Shown here one piece after another: positions 10,161 to 20,803 of a DNA stretch of 64,000 nucleotides. Source of the stretch: Bigelowiella natans CCMP2755 (Eukaryota > Protista > Cercozoa); contig ADNK01000550.1 in the NCBI GenBank assembly GCA_000320545.1, positions 124,001 through 188,000 of the forward strand, written 5' to 3'. A program made the position numbers and the translations under genes. The notes below the pieces were generated by a model, which saw only the letters and a program-made list of their open reading frames with translations, did no database searches and was not told where the DNA came from. Each line of letters begins with the position of its first letter. The stretch's first letter is position 1.

Positions 10161-12221
10161 ATGTCATTCTTCAGTACCGTCCTTTCAGGAAAGTCAAAAC
10201 CATGCGCTTTGCCTACTGACCAATCGATGCGCGAGATCATGAACCGCTGCGTCGGTACCCACTTCTCGAAGTGCACGGACGATTTCTTCCTTTTCAAGTA
10301 CTCGCGCTTCCTCAACAGGTTAGCCGCCCTGCAGACCGGCGCCGTCGTGCTCAAACGCGAAGAATGGATCAAACTTTTCAAACCAGAGGATTCCAAATCG
10401 TGTGAACCTGGCGATTCGATGTTCTCGATGGGCAACATGAAAGACTGTTTTCCTGACGTCAAGGTCGTCAAGCCTGACACAAGCCACCCATTGTACAAGA
10501 TCTTCCGGCTGCTGCAAACGTACGAGCGCAACAACTTTGTTTTCCTGTACAACAGCAAAGCCTTTCAAGATCTCTGGTGCCTGAACCGCCGCGTCGGGGT
10601 CCATCTCGCACGCTGCCGCCTGAAGAAACTCAAGGAGTCGCCGATCACGAAAGAATCGTTCGTGCTCATCGGAGACGCAAAATCTCCACGTGGAAAACAA
10701 TGGAAAGACTGCAACGACTTTGACAACATCCCGTGGCTCGATGCTGTCATGCACAACGAGTTCCTCCCTGAGATCGCGCGCCGGGCTGTCGCGCCTAACG
10801 TGGCCGCATACAACCAGTTCGTCGGACGGGCCACGCAACACCTGCGTGATGTGTACTTGAATGAAATAAAAAATCGCAATACACACAGAGATATATTTTC
10901 AGAAACTGATCAACCTGCAAAAAAGGTTAAAGCTGGACAATTCGTTATTACAGAAATATTAAAACTATATGATGCTCAAGAAAATATTGCTTCACTACAA
11001 GTTGCTTACACCCAAAACAACACCCACTACAAAGGTTCCATCGAACATCAATTTCAAGATCTAATCAAATCAACAACTACAGTGTCTGCAAAAGACCTCA
11101 AATTCAAAGCTCCGATTCCTTTTAGTATGAGCGGTGTTTATGCTAATTTAAAGGAATTAAAATCTGGAGGAAGCATTGATTTCCCTATGCTTTTGTGGGC
11201 CGCGCAAAGGCACAACATGGCGATGACGGAAGCCAAATATAAGTTCGACCTCCTCAAGAGCCTTTTGAAACAATCAATGGACACGAAGACATCGAACGTA
11301 GCCGACGCGCTGATCGGGAAGATCAACCTGATGCACCTGATCCAGGACGCCCGGACCCAGGTCGATGTGCTCAACCAGTTCCTCCCGGATGTCGATCCGT
11401 ACACCCTCTGCAACCGGCTCGAGCTCGAGAACGTGGTCGGGGTCTACATCGAGAGCGCCGAGAACAGCTGCAGCAGTGACAAGGGGGTCGGCAACAAGAA
11501 GGGCTCCGTCACGTTCCCCAAGATCAAGACGGTGCTCGGTCTGCACGATTTCGTCAGCTCGGCCCGCAGCCGCAAGACCAACATACTGACCGACACGATC
11601 TTCTCCAAACTGAACGCTCCCCCCTCCGCAGCATCCGGGGCCCCTGGTAGCATCAAGATCTGGGACATCAGCCCGCAAGCCCGGTGCAAAGCCTTCCACG
11701 CGCACACCCCGGTCGGCTGCTTCGATGCGTACATCGAGTCCGAGCAGCGCAAGTGTGAGGCGTACAACATGCAGTACAAAGGTAAATTTGACGACAAGAA
11801 GAAGCAGCAGCAGCTCATCAAATGCAAAGGCATGACGATAGGTCAAAATGCGATCGACGCCGCTCTGAACCCTCTGATCCCTCGCTACTTGTCCTGGGTG
11901 CACCTCATCCCGGAAGGAAGCGTCACCTGGATCATCGACACCAGTCTCCCTGGCAAGATACACGTCGTGCACCCATTCTGGGAAACCACCGACACTGTGC
12001 TTAAGCGCAAACGCGGCGGTAAGCGCAAGGGGAAGAGCGGCAACCCCAACCTGCAGGAGCTGACCACCGTTCCCGATCTCGAGCACGCGATGTCGCACCT
12101 CTACCTACCGCCCTCTGTGTGTGTCACGAACCCTCTCATGAATTTCGAGGATTATTGCATGCAGGTGTTCGAAGCGAACAAGCTCAGCTGCAACATGCAG
12201 TTTGGTAAACTGTGCAATTAG
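10161..12221 (+). CDS. hypothetical protein (686 aa)
   Basis: Long ORF with strong C/G-ending codon bias except for an internal AT-rich block. Confidence 0.75.
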   Translation: MSFFSTVLSGKSKPCALPTDQSMREIMNRCVGTHFSKCTDDFFLFKYSRFLNRLAALQTGAVVLKREEWIKLFKPEDSKSCEPGDSMFSMGNMKDCFPDVKVVKPDTSHPLYKIFRLLQTYERNNFVFLYNSKAFQDLWCLNRRVGVHLARCRLKKLKESPITKESFVLIGDAKSPRGKQWKDCNDFDNIPWLDAVMHNEFLPEIARRAVAPNVAAYNQFVGRATQHLRDVYLNEIKNRNTHRDIFSETDQPAKKVKAGQFVITEILKLYDAQENIASLQVAYTQNNTHYKGSIEHQFQDLIKSTTTVSAKDLKFKAPIPFSMSGVYANLKELKSGGSIDFPMLLWAAQRHNMAMTEAKYKFDLLKSLLKQSMDTKTSNVADALIGKINLMHLIQDARTQVDVLNQFLPDVDPYTLCNRLELENVVGVYIESAENSCSSDKGVGNKKGSVTFPKIKTVLGLHDFVSSARSRKTNILTDTIFSKLNAPPSAASGAPGSIKIWDISPQARCKAFHAHTPVGCFDAYIESEQRKCEAYNMQYKGKFDDKKKQQQLIKCKGMTIGQNAIDAALNPLIPRYLSWVHLIPEGSVTWIIDTSLPGKIHVVHPFWETTDTVLKRKRGGKRKGKSGNPNLQELTTVPDLEHAMSHLYLPPSVCVTNPLMNFEDYCMQVFEANKLSCNMQFGKLCN

Positions 12222-12298
12222 AATGAAAACTCCTACAAAACATGATGAAACACTTTTAACACTTTTTTCAACAAGCAATCACTGACATTTATGTTCAT

Positions 12299-13288
12299 TC
12301 AACTAAAAAGTTTGCTCTGCACCATAACTCGCAAGCGATGCGGTTTCCTGACGCGCGCTAATTCGGCCGAACTCCCTGACCGGGGATAAGCATCCCGCTC
12401 TTTTTTTTCGCAACTGCCTTTCATCGATCCATGCATGCGTATGAGCACGCGTTTCTTGCGCCCGCGCCGACCCGAGCTCGCTTTCATCTTGGCGACTCGG
12501 TGTTTGGTAAAAAGGTCGCGGATTCTGTCTATGTGCTTCAGAAGAAACGAGAAAAGCCCGATCTGGGTCGCAAAGAGCGTCCAGCGCATTTGCGCGAGAT
12601 TCGTCAACATGGTTTCCCCGGACGGCAAAACCAAGGTCGCGCATTTGCTACGACGGAATGCATCAAAATGCCGTTTGCCTTTGCTCGACATGCACATCTC
12701 ATGAAACCCGAGCAGCTCCGTGTTCAGCAAGAGCTCAGCGCAGTTCTCAAACGCAAAGTCGAGAAGCGATGAGGTGATCTGTTGCTGCATCCCTCCCCCG
12801 GCTCCTTTTCGTGACACGGTTTTTGCCGAAGTCTCTTTCGCACAAACCCTATTTTCGTTGCTGTTCATCGAGGCGCCGGTCGGTTTGGTCTTTCGCCGTC
12901 TTGTCCTTGCGTTCAGTTTGCGTCGCTTGCTCGCCGTAAACGGGTCGGAAGGTCGGTCGGACCCGGGTTCCTCACCCTCTTTACCGGTCTCACTTCGTTC
13001 GGTCAAAGCCAGAACCTGCGAGTCGACGCGTCGATTCGCAACGAGACGCAAACAGCGCAAAAGCTTATCGTTTTTCAACAGCATTTGCATTGCCTTAGCA
13101 CGCATCGCAATAACCGACCAATCGACTTCCTCGGCACCGTCATTCTTTTTCAAAGGCCGCACCGGGAGGTACGCCGCCTCTTCCTCGTTGTTGAAATCTG
13201 TCGCCGTAAAAGGTTCGGTCACCCCATTCAACCCAGTCGCTCCGGGGTACAACTTGCAGTGCAGGCGCGCGCGGATCTTGCACAGCAT
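12299..13288 (-). CDS. conserved NCLDV protein (FDPFCR / TTxGQLNFFxW family)
   Basis: SLLDFAFEN...KGKRHFDAFRR...TNLAQMRWTLFATQIGLFSFLLKHIDRI matches the recalled family pattern (LIDWFVTN...SKKLFDPFCRR...TTVGQLNFFKWA). Confidence 0.65.
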   Translation of the reverse strand: MLCKIRARLHCKLYPGATGLNGVTEPFTATDFNNEEEAAYLPVRPLKKNDGAEEVDWSVIAMRAKAMQMLLKNDKLLRCLRLVANRRVDSQVLALTERSETGKEGEEPGSDRPSDPFTASKRRKLNARTRRRKTKPTGASMNSNENRVCAKETSAKTVSRKGAGGGMQQQITSSLLDFAFENCAELLLNTELLGFHEMCMSSKGKRHFDAFRRSKCATLVLPSGETMLTNLAQMRWTLFATQIGLFSFLLKHIDRIRDLFTKHRVAKMKASSGRRGRKKRVLIRMHGSMKGSCEKKERDAYPRSGSSAELARVRKPHRLRVMVQSKLFS

Positions 13289-13456
13289 GAGAAAGAACGA
13301 TGATGCGGCGCAGAGACAACGTCAATTTGTGCTCACAAAAAAATTGTATGCTGTGTTCTTTTCTGAAGTTAGAATGCAAGCAAAAGCTAACTACTTTTTT
13401 TCTTGACATTTATACGATTCATCGTGCACCCATATTAACCGTTACAACGTACCACA

Positions 13457-14122
13457 ATGCTCCGCAGTTCAGATGCAAACAAGCCAAATACCAACAGCAG
13501 CATGCCAATGCACCAGAGCAACGCCGCGAGATGTCGACTTGATGAAAAGGACGGGAAACGCATGCAACGACTCACCTGGCCGAACAGGCTAAAACAGAAC
13601 GGCGGGTTGCATCTGTACGAGGATTCGACCAGAAAGCCAGGCTGCTTCGCCGTAGCGGCGTTTGTCGGTGGCAAATCGTTCAAGATTTTTGAAGTGTACA
13701 CCAACGAGAAAGAAGCGACCGATGCAGCAGTCGAGCTCATGTGCAAACCAACCAATGAAGAGGAGTGTCTTTTTCAGAAAGCCTACGATCTTTGTGTCAT
13801 TGACTTGCGCCACGCGAGTTTCATAGCGGTGCCAGGCCCCGACGAGAACATCCGTGCCAAAAAGATACTGCACTCCGATAGCATGATGCAGCAAATCTTC
13901 GATCACCACATCGAGGCGACGAATGGGAAGATCGACAAAGTGACCGCCCGAGCTGTCGAAGAATTTAAAACCAAGGCACGGTCGGATAGCAAACAACGGA
14001 TAGAGTCAAAGATCAAATCTATCGAGGACGATTTAAAACAACAAAGCTTCTCCGGTTTCGCTAACAAACCACCGAACAACATTAGCAGCAACGACATCGA
14101 GGTCCTGGCATCTGCATCGTAA
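13457..14122 (+). CDS. hypothetical protein
   Basis: 221-aa ATG ORF; no motif recognised. Confidence 0.6.
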   Translation: MLRSSDANKPNTNSSMPMHQSNAARCRLDEKDGKRMQRLTWPNRLKQNGGLHLYEDSTRKPGCFAVAAFVGGKSFKIFEVYTNEKEATDAAVELMCKPTNEEECLFQKAYDLCVIDLRHASFIAVPGPDENIRAKKILHSDSMMQQIFDHHIEATNGKIDKVTARAVEEFKTKARSDSKQRIESKIKSIEDDLKQQSFSGFANKPPNNISSNDIEVLASAS

Positions 14123-14133
14123 ATGTGTCCCGG

Positions 14134-15195
14134 TCACAAAGAGTGTTTCAGGATCCCGCGCCTTATCAATCGAGTAACAGTCTCTGTGAGGGTCTCCATG
14201 GCAAAATACTTGTAGGTCACACCATCGTTCTCCTTGTTGTTACACGGAATCATCATGCTAGGAATGACTGTGCAGCATGATGCCATTGCCTCCTCGCGTT
14301 GAGTTTCGTTTGCGTTCAAAGGCACATACGCCGAGTCCCAATCACGAAGGAGGCCCCATGCGTCGTCGATTGGTTTGTACTTGTTGAAACACAACCGACA
14401 CTGTTTGATCTTCCATTCGTCCGTTTCATTTGCGGTTGTTACTAGAACCTCAATCTTCATAGTGTGACAGAAACTTGTTAAAACAATTTGAGTGTGTAGT
14501 GATTTGTTCTTCCTAATGTCACAAAACCCGCTGTAGTCCACACTCAAAGGCACGTAGACGGTGTTTGCGGCAACGTTCATCATGTCATTACATCTATTCA
14601 GTACATGTGATCTCCTCAACTTGTTTGTTTTGCTGTATTGTTCAAGCGTCTCATGCAAATTCTGCGATTGCTGGCAGTCTTGATGCACCGCGCGGTACCG
14701 CAACCAAATGAGAAACAGTACAGGTTTTGCGCCCCGTAATCGAACACCATCGGTGATGATCGTATCAAGGCATTCATCGAAATTTAGGCTTAGAAAATGC
14801 TGCATGAGGGCGCTTTTCGCTTGTTTGATTTTGCTTTCGATCATGACGATCCCGCGGAGGTCAAGAGCGGCAAAATCCAAATTGAAACTACTATCTGCTG
14901 TTTGATTTTTTTGAAGGGTTGCACTCATCTTGCCGTCAAGCGAAACACCATCATTAACTTCATCATCCCCATTTGATTCTTTCGGTGGTAGGCAGCACTG
15001 CAACAAACTGCACCAGGAAACGCCGACCTTTTTTCTTGTTTTCTCATCTAGGCCGGCGCGCTGTGTTGTTTGGCTTTCATTTTCTTCAGACATCTTTGCA
15101 ATGTACAAAATGCCGCGCATGGAGAAAAACCTAAATTTTTTTCGTATGTCACTCTTGTGGATGCCATATGATGTCATTTTTTTTTTGTCATGCAT
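14134..15195 (-). CDS. hypothetical protein
   Basis: 353-aa ORF, likely start MSEENES; no motif recognised. Confidence 0.6.
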   Translation of the reverse strand: MHDKKKMTSYGIHKSDIRKKFRFFSMRGILYIAKMSEENESQTTQRAGLDEKTRKKVGVSWCSLLQCCLPPKESNGDDEVNDGVSLDGKMSATLQKNQTADSSFNLDFAALDLRGIVMIESKIKQAKSALMQHFLSLNFDECLDTIITDGVRLRGAKPVLFLIWLRYRAVHQDCQQSQNLHETLEQYSKTNKLRRSHVLNRCNDMMNVAANTVYVPLSVDYSGFCDIRKNKSLHTQIVLTSFCHTMKIEVLVTTANETDEWKIKQCRLCFNKYKPIDDAWGLLRDWDSAYVPLNANETQREEAMASCCTVIPSMMIPCNNKENDGVTYKYFAMETLTETVTRLIRRGILKHSL

Positions 15196-15533
15196 GTGTG
15201 AAGGACAAAGGAATCACAACCAGAGAAACTGCCAAAACATCGGACAAACATCTGTCTACGCCACAAAGAAACAAACCAATGTCATCGGTTAAAAACATCC
15301 CAAAGTCTAAACTTCTCAAAAAAGGAGGATCGTTCCAGGACATGCTCGCAATCATGACGTACAAAAGCAAAGATGCCGGTGTCAAGAGCGCACTTTGCGA
15401 CATGCTATGCCGCAAAAGCCCGTATGATACCTTTATTAAAGCATTCCCGACCGAATCCCGTTTAGCTCGAAGCGGTAATCCTAGCGCACATTTAGGCCTC
15501 GCAGATTATTTGGGTAAGGAAGGAGCATGCTAA
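15168..15533 (+). CDS. small hypothetical protein
   Basis: Short ORF, likely start MSSVKNIP. Confidence 0.4.
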   Translation: MMSFFFCHACVKDKGITTRETAKTSDKHLSTPQRNKPMSSVKNIPKSKLLKKGGSFQDMLAIMTYKSKDAGVKSALCDMLCRKSPYDTFIKAFPTESRLARSGNPSAHLGLADYLGKEGAC

Positions 15534-15661
15534 AGGTTCAATATTTATAATATATTTTTTCTTTGTTACACAGCGTCAACAAGGTGTCGCATGTAAGTTC
15601 AGACATACATCCACATACACACTCTCAAAAACAAAACCCCCCAAGCCTCAAACTACAAAAA

Positions 15662-15913
15662 ATGTCATTCATGATACAGGATCTACTGAAACCCGAGTAC
15701 ATTGGAGCTATGGCTACCATGGTAGGGTTCATGGGTGGATTTCCGGCACCACCTCGAATTTTTCAGACTCTCACCTTTCGATATGAAACCCTTCAATGGT
15801 TGATGGTATATGTGCTCATCTGGCAGGGTGGCGGAGGACAAGATTATTACCGATCAGCGATTGTCACTGCTGTCGCCTTTGCATTAAAGCTCGTGCTCGA
15901 TGCCATATTTTAA
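15662..15913 (+). CDS. small membrane protein of a type recalled from giant viruses
   Basis: GGFPAPP...LQWLMVYVLIWQGGGGQD motif with 2-3 hydrophobic segments. Confidence 0.6.
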   Translation: MSFMIQDLLKPEYIGAMATMVGFMGGFPAPPRIFQTLTFRYETLQWLMVYVLIWQGGGGQDYYRSAIVTAVAFALKLVLDAIF

Positions 15914-15954
15914 ACGTCAAAACAGCACAGAAGAATTTTCGTTTAGTTCGTAGC

Positions 15955-16097
15955 CACATGCAGTTCGCACCAAACACACACATAGCACCACACACACACA
16001 GAGCACACACGCAGCACACACACACGCAAACGCATGCCCACTCAAGTACACACTACACACAGACAACACACGCACGCATAAACACCTACACACGCAC
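15955..16097 (+). repeat. degenerate (CA)n-rich low-complexity tract
   Basis: ACACACAC runs upstream of VLTF3. Confidence 0.75.
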
Positions 16098-16099
16098 CT

Positions 16100-17689
16100 T
16101 TGTCGATGAGACAGGAGAGCAAAAAACGAAGACTTCCGTCTACTGATTTCAAACCCAGTACTAGTTCTGGGCAGTCAAAAAACAATTTCAATCGCAAGGA
16201 GTTCATGCGCAGTTGCGACAGCATGCTGCTTCTTTTCATACAAGCTAGTACAAAGGCAATCGAAACGAACCGGAAACAAATTAGTGATCAGATCAAAACC
16301 AAAAAAGAAGAGATCAAATCTGTTTACGGGGATTTCACGCTAGCTAGAAATTTGTTGAAACAGGCGCAATCGTCCGACCCCGGGCGGTCCATCGACCCGC
16401 TTCGCAAGAAAGAGTTGATACAGGGCTTGCTGACTTTCAAACGAAAAATCAAAGAGCATCAGAGCAAATTGGTGCTTTTGCAAAGAAGTTTGGACGTGTC
16501 CCGTACAAACAAAAACAAACATTCGACTACAGAAATGGTCCGAATGACCGCCGACGCGATGCGAATCGCGAACGCGGATGTTTTCGATGCAAGTGCAGCG
16601 GCGACCCTGCTTAGCATCATGCACAGTCATTTGGTCCTTTTTCTTTTGGATTCGGATCCCACTTGGTTGGAGGGGGTGCATGTGGCAAACCGCGACCCCA
16701 AAACGAACAAAAGGATTCGATACAACATGAAGAAACGAGATTTTTTAAAGTTGCGCGCCGTGTGGATCATACAACAGTACGACAACAACGCCAAAGACGC
16801 CGGTTCCTCTCATGTCGGAATACCCAAAGTGTGCCCAAACGAAAAGTGCAAAGCGCCGCTTTTCAAAGATGCGAATGATAGACAAGATTCGATTCTACGG
16901 AGTCAGTCAGGAAAAAGCATAAAATGCAAGAAGTGTGGTTCCATTGCGATGGAAGGACAGCGATGCACGGACACCATCAACGGACGATCCCTGCACGACC
17001 TGATGCAGGTCATGGATCGTAAGTCCGCGATGGACATGCGGTTGTCCAAAAGCAAACACCACGACTTGGAGGAGATCCTCAATAACGAGGCGCACAACCT
17101 GCATTTTACCGACACCTTCGATGAGGATAAGAACATGGTCGTGATGCAGGAGATGAAACCCTCGTACAAACGACTGAACCATTTTCGAGAGTGCATCAAG
17201 AACATGCAGGGTCTAGGTGTTGTGAAAAAGGAGACCATGGAGATTATAAAATCAGGAATGAGGCAGCATCAGATCCTACCCGAGAAATTCGACATGCTGA
17301 CCTGCCGGAAACTCCTAAAGAAACTGAAGCTCAGCTCAATGTACAACAAGTGCGTGACGCTGTGCAGCAAGATAAACCCGGATTTCAACGCGATGAACCT
17401 CGACGACAAGACCAAAGCCAGGCTTTGCCTGATGTTCTGTCAAGTGGAATCTGTGTTTTGCAATGCGAAGAACAACGTGTTTCTAGAACGCAAGAATTTT
17501 CTTTCGTACAATCACACATTCTTCCGACTCTGCGATCAAATAGGCAGAGGAGCCGAAGCGTTCAGATGTGTTCGTTTCCTCAAGAGCAAGGTCTTGTTCC
17601 GCAAGCAAGAAACGCTCTGGAATGAAGTGTGCAAGAACTTAAACTGGAACATCGGGTCGAGACTGGAACACACGAATCGTGACAATTGA
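16100..17689 (+). CDS. VLTF3: poxvirus-like late transcription factor VLTF3
   Basis: Zn ribbon CPNEKC...CKKCG; YKRLNHFRECIKNMQG; RKNFLSYNHTFFRLC; LKSK....KQETLWNEVCKNLNW. Confidence 0.92.
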   Translation: MSMRQESKKRRLPSTDFKPSTSSGQSKNNFNRKEFMRSCDSMLLLFIQASTKAIETNRKQISDQIKTKKEEIKSVYGDFTLARNLLKQAQSSDPGRSIDPLRKKELIQGLLTFKRKIKEHQSKLVLLQRSLDVSRTNKNKHSTTEMVRMTADAMRIANADVFDASAAATLLSIMHSHLVLFLLDSDPTWLEGVHVANRDPKTNKRIRYNMKKRDFLKLRAVWIIQQYDNNAKDAGSSHVGIPKVCPNEKCKAPLFKDANDRQDSILRSQSGKSIKCKKCGSIAMEGQRCTDTINGRSLHDLMQVMDRKSAMDMRLSKSKHHDLEEILNNEAHNLHFTDTFDEDKNMVVMQEMKPSYKRLNHFRECIKNMQGLGVVKKETMEIIKSGMRQHQILPEKFDMLTCRKLLKKLKLSSMYNKCVTLCSKINPDFNAMNLDDKTKARLCLMFCQVESVFCNAKNNVFLERKNFLSYNHTFFRLCDQIGRGAEAFRCVRFLKSKVLFRKQETLWNEVCKNLNWNIGSRLEHTNRDN

Positions 17690-17810
17690 TCATCTTTTTT
17701 TTAGGTTTTGCCCCGTTCACTTAGTGAACGAATATATTTTCTCATTGTTCGTTCGTGCAACATGAGTTTTGACAACACACATACACAAATTTTGTTTTGT
17801 TTCGTGACCA

Positions 17811-18788
17811 ATGTCGAAAATTGAAAATAAAATGTTTGAAGGCGCAACCCAACACAAAATCACGTGCAATCGCAATGCAACCACAATCATGCAAAACAAC
17901 GAAACAAAATCCACAGCACACCCGACGCGCGCGCGAGACGCATTGAGAAAAAGCTTCACCCCTGACGCCACGCGCAGATCATCGCGGCAAAGGCAACGCA
18001 AGAGATCGTACACGGAGAAGAGCACAGCGAACGCCTCGTCGAGTTCTTCACCTCTAAACCGTTCGACCAAACCAGTCATGTACATCCCGCCGCACAAGCG
18101 CCCGCACAAGCCTTCCATTTTCTGTGCATCCAGTCTGAAAAAACACGACACCGGCGCAAAGAAAGCCGCGCAAAAAACCCTCGATGGCAACATCGTGCGG
18201 AAATCGTTCGGCTTTCTCGGGTACCTTGTTGTCAACAAAACACCTTTATCGGATGCGACAATGCAAAGTGAAACACATCTGTGTTCCGGGTTTTGTGAAA
18301 AACTTCGGATCCTGCTCGTACGCAACCGCGCTGGCCACTGGGATTTCCCGAAAGGCGGGGCAGAAAGCGTCGACAGAAATGACCCAATGGCGACTGCCAT
18401 ACGCGAATTCAAAGAGGAGACGGGAATGCGCACGCAGTGCATCAAACGCATATATGCGCAGAAACGGTTTGTGTATGCGTATCCACGCAATCAAAACAGA
18501 GGACACGGCTCCAAGTACAATGTCACTACACTCTACTTGTGCGAGCTCAAACCAAAAACGATGCTCCAAGTGGATGGCAAATGCGACGAAAGAGAGATTG
18601 TAGGAACGGAATTCGTCACTCTTCGTGATTTTGCAAGTAGGTTCTTTTGGAAAGAGGACTTTGCTGTTTCGCAAGAGATCATAGAAGCAATGCACGAAGA
18701 GTGTGAATGCAGGTGCATCCTCATGGACGCGAAGGATACCGAAGATGAAAAACAGAAAGAGCGCGAAAACCTACTCAGCCGAATATGA
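17811..18788 (+). CDS. Nudix hydrolase (Ap4A hydrolase or decapping-like)
   Basis: GHWDFPKGGAE...ATAIREFKEETG Nudix box. Confidence 0.88.
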   Translation: MSKIENKMFEGATQHKITCNRNATTIMQNNETKSTAHPTRARDALRKSFTPDATRRSSRQRQRKRSYTEKSTANASSSSSPLNRSTKPVMYIPPHKRPHKPSIFCASSLKKHDTGAKKAAQKTLDGNIVRKSFGFLGYLVVNKTPLSDATMQSETHLCSGFCEKLRILLVRNRAGHWDFPKGGAESVDRNDPMATAIREFKEETGMRTQCIKRIYAQKRFVYAYPRNQNRGHGSKYNVTTLYLCELKPKTMLQVDGKCDEREIVGTEFVTLRDFASRFFWKEDFAVSQEIIEAMHEECECRCILMDAKDTEDEKQKERENLLSRI

Positions 18789-19232
18789 TGCACCAAACGA
18801 TGTGTCCATTTCCTCAATGTGCAGAAGTTGCTTCACATTCTTTACCAATCCCGGGGATTGCAGCATGATCACCCAAACCAGAAGCACGGAACCCATGGAA
18901 GGACCTACCTGTCCGCTGAGGGGAGTGGGGATCATCTCGACTAGGGTGCGCGAGAAAATGATGATCATGTACATCAACACTAGGTGCAATGTCACTTGCA
19001 GCAGCGCCGATCCTACCTTGGAGCCAAAGATCATCGGGATCTGCATGCGTTTTTCCACAAGGTTGTCGACATACTTCGCCAATCTTCCCCCGATGAAAAA
19101 GTACGCGGTGCTCTCGATCGCGCTGTCTAAAAGCTGAAGTGTGCCTTGTGCAACCATCCCAAGACTTGGGAAGACCCCTCTACTGAGGAGCTGTTTCCAA
19201 ATACCTTGGAATATCATACCGCTTGTGGCCAT
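18771..19232 (-). CDS. small multi-pass membrane protein
   Basis: Several hydrophobic segments in a 153-aa ORF. Confidence 0.55.
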   Translation of the reverse strand: MATSGMIFQGIWKQLLSRGVFPSLGMVAQGTLQLLDSAIESTAYFFIGGRLAKYVDNLVEKRMQIPMIFGSKVGSALLQVTLHLVLMYMIIIFSRTLVEMIPTPLSGQVGPSMGSVLLVWVIMLQSPGLVKNVKQLLHIEEMDTSFGASYSAE

Positions 19233-19363
19233 TGTTGTGTCTTCGTTCTTAACTAGTGTAGCCTGGTTTGATGTGGTGTGTTTGTTTTTTCCATTCTGAT
19301 TTTTTATGTGGTTGTCGATAAGAGAAAAAAATTTCCAAGGTATTACTTTTTGTTTAGAACAAA

Positions 19364-20593
19364 GTGACGCGATCTGCGATCATGAACCTTCGAGAAGAAA
19401 GCGCAGCTGTCGCAGAATCCATCACAAAGATTCTCGATTTGGCAATCAATGTCAAAAGTTCTTCATCGGTAGGGCTTCCCGTGCCTTACACCTCGGACAA
19501 CAAAACGAATGCTGCCGTTAGTACAGACGGAGTTTCCGCACTGCAACAAAACTTGATGTCGAATTCAGGGATTTCAGCCGGTACAAAGACCAGTGCGAAA
19601 AGCCTCTTAGACGTAGTGTCGCTCGTCGATTCTCTCGTTGCGACTGATTCAAAAACCAATGCGATGTTCCTCAAAGAAATCGTGCAACAGGTCACCGCAA
19701 AGAGCCAGAGCAGCTCGGCGATTGCTTGGTGGTACAAGCTCATCACGCGTCACATCCTCAATCATCAGAACATCAAGTCGGCATCTGTCAAGCACAAAAT
19801 CGTTAATTTTTTCCACAACAAGCTTCGTGAAATCGATAGCGACTCCGCTGATGATTTTAAACGCACCATGGAACAAGAAATTGAATGGGTTAACAAAACT
19901 AAACTGCTAATTGATCGCGCAAACAGGGGGATTACGACTGGGAACAAGATGGAACTCAAAGAAAACCTTGACAAATGGGACGGAATGTGTCAGGACTCAG
20001 GCACCATCATGTGCGTCCTAGCGATCATGCTTCCCGACATCTTGAAATCCCTCGTCGAAAATTACCAAACAAAAAAGGATGCCAAACAAGTGGAGTTAGT
20101 GGATTCGGATGCTCGAAACAAGATAAATGACATATTGACCGGCATCCAACAATTGAATGCTGCCATCAACAGCGTGCAAAATTTTGAAGACGTCAATTTA
20201 GGAGATGGTCATTACTTTCTTATCAACAATGGAACTGCTGAAAATTTCACGAAGATAGAAGAAAAGTACAATGAGGAGCTTTGTGACAAAGAATTCGATG
20301 GAAGCAATACTGCAGAAGAGAAGAAATTTTTGTGCAAACTTAAATCTTTGAATGATTCAAAAATCCTAAAATTTGCAACGGCAAGCCAGGCTATAAAGAG
20401 AATATTGGAAGTACAAATCAACACTTACAACCAAAGCATTGAAAGTTTAAAAACCATTTACAACGATACCATCAGTCGCATTAATCAGGCTTACTCGGGT
20501 TTAGAAGACACATTAAAAAAGGGCATTCTTAGGATAGCCGACAGCGAGATCATGGAAGAAATTACAAGAGTGCGCGATTCCTTTTTTTCATAA
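19364..20593 (+). CDS. hypothetical helical / coiled-coil protein
   Basis: 409-aa ORF, likely start MNLREES. Confidence 0.7.
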   Translation: MTRSAIMNLREESAAVAESITKILDLAINVKSSSSVGLPVPYTSDNKTNAAVSTDGVSALQQNLMSNSGISAGTKTSAKSLLDVVSLVDSLVATDSKTNAMFLKEIVQQVTAKSQSSSAIAWWYKLITRHILNHQNIKSASVKHKIVNFFHNKLREIDSDSADDFKRTMEQEIEWVNKTKLLIDRANRGITTGNKMELKENLDKWDGMCQDSGTIMCVLAIMLPDILKSLVENYQTKKDAKQVELVDSDARNKINDILTGIQQLNAAINSVQNFEDVNLGDGHYFLINNGTAENFTKIEEKYNEELCDKEFDGSNTAEEKKFLCKLKSLNDSKILKFATASQAIKRILEVQINTYNQSIESLKTIYNDTISRINQAYSGLEDTLKKGILRIADSEIMEEITRVRDSFFS

Positions 20594-20803
20594 TGACTTG
20601 AATTATGCAATCAGCAAACATTTTAGGCGGTAAAAAAAATTATCGCAAACAGCAAAATCACAGTGAAAAACTTTAAGAGGTAAGAGTCCATCTTGTGAGT
20701 GTGACCAAATTACTGCAACCCCTACACAAACCAAACCACCAAGACACAAGACAAAGAACAAAGGAAATAAAGTAGTAACTACACACCCAATTGCGAACCA
20801 GAA

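Noticed and set aside
15955-16097. His/Thr-rich ORF 15796-16146 or telomere-like repeat
   Set aside because: It is an irregular CA microsatellite-like tract; similar short ACAC runs precede many genes here.
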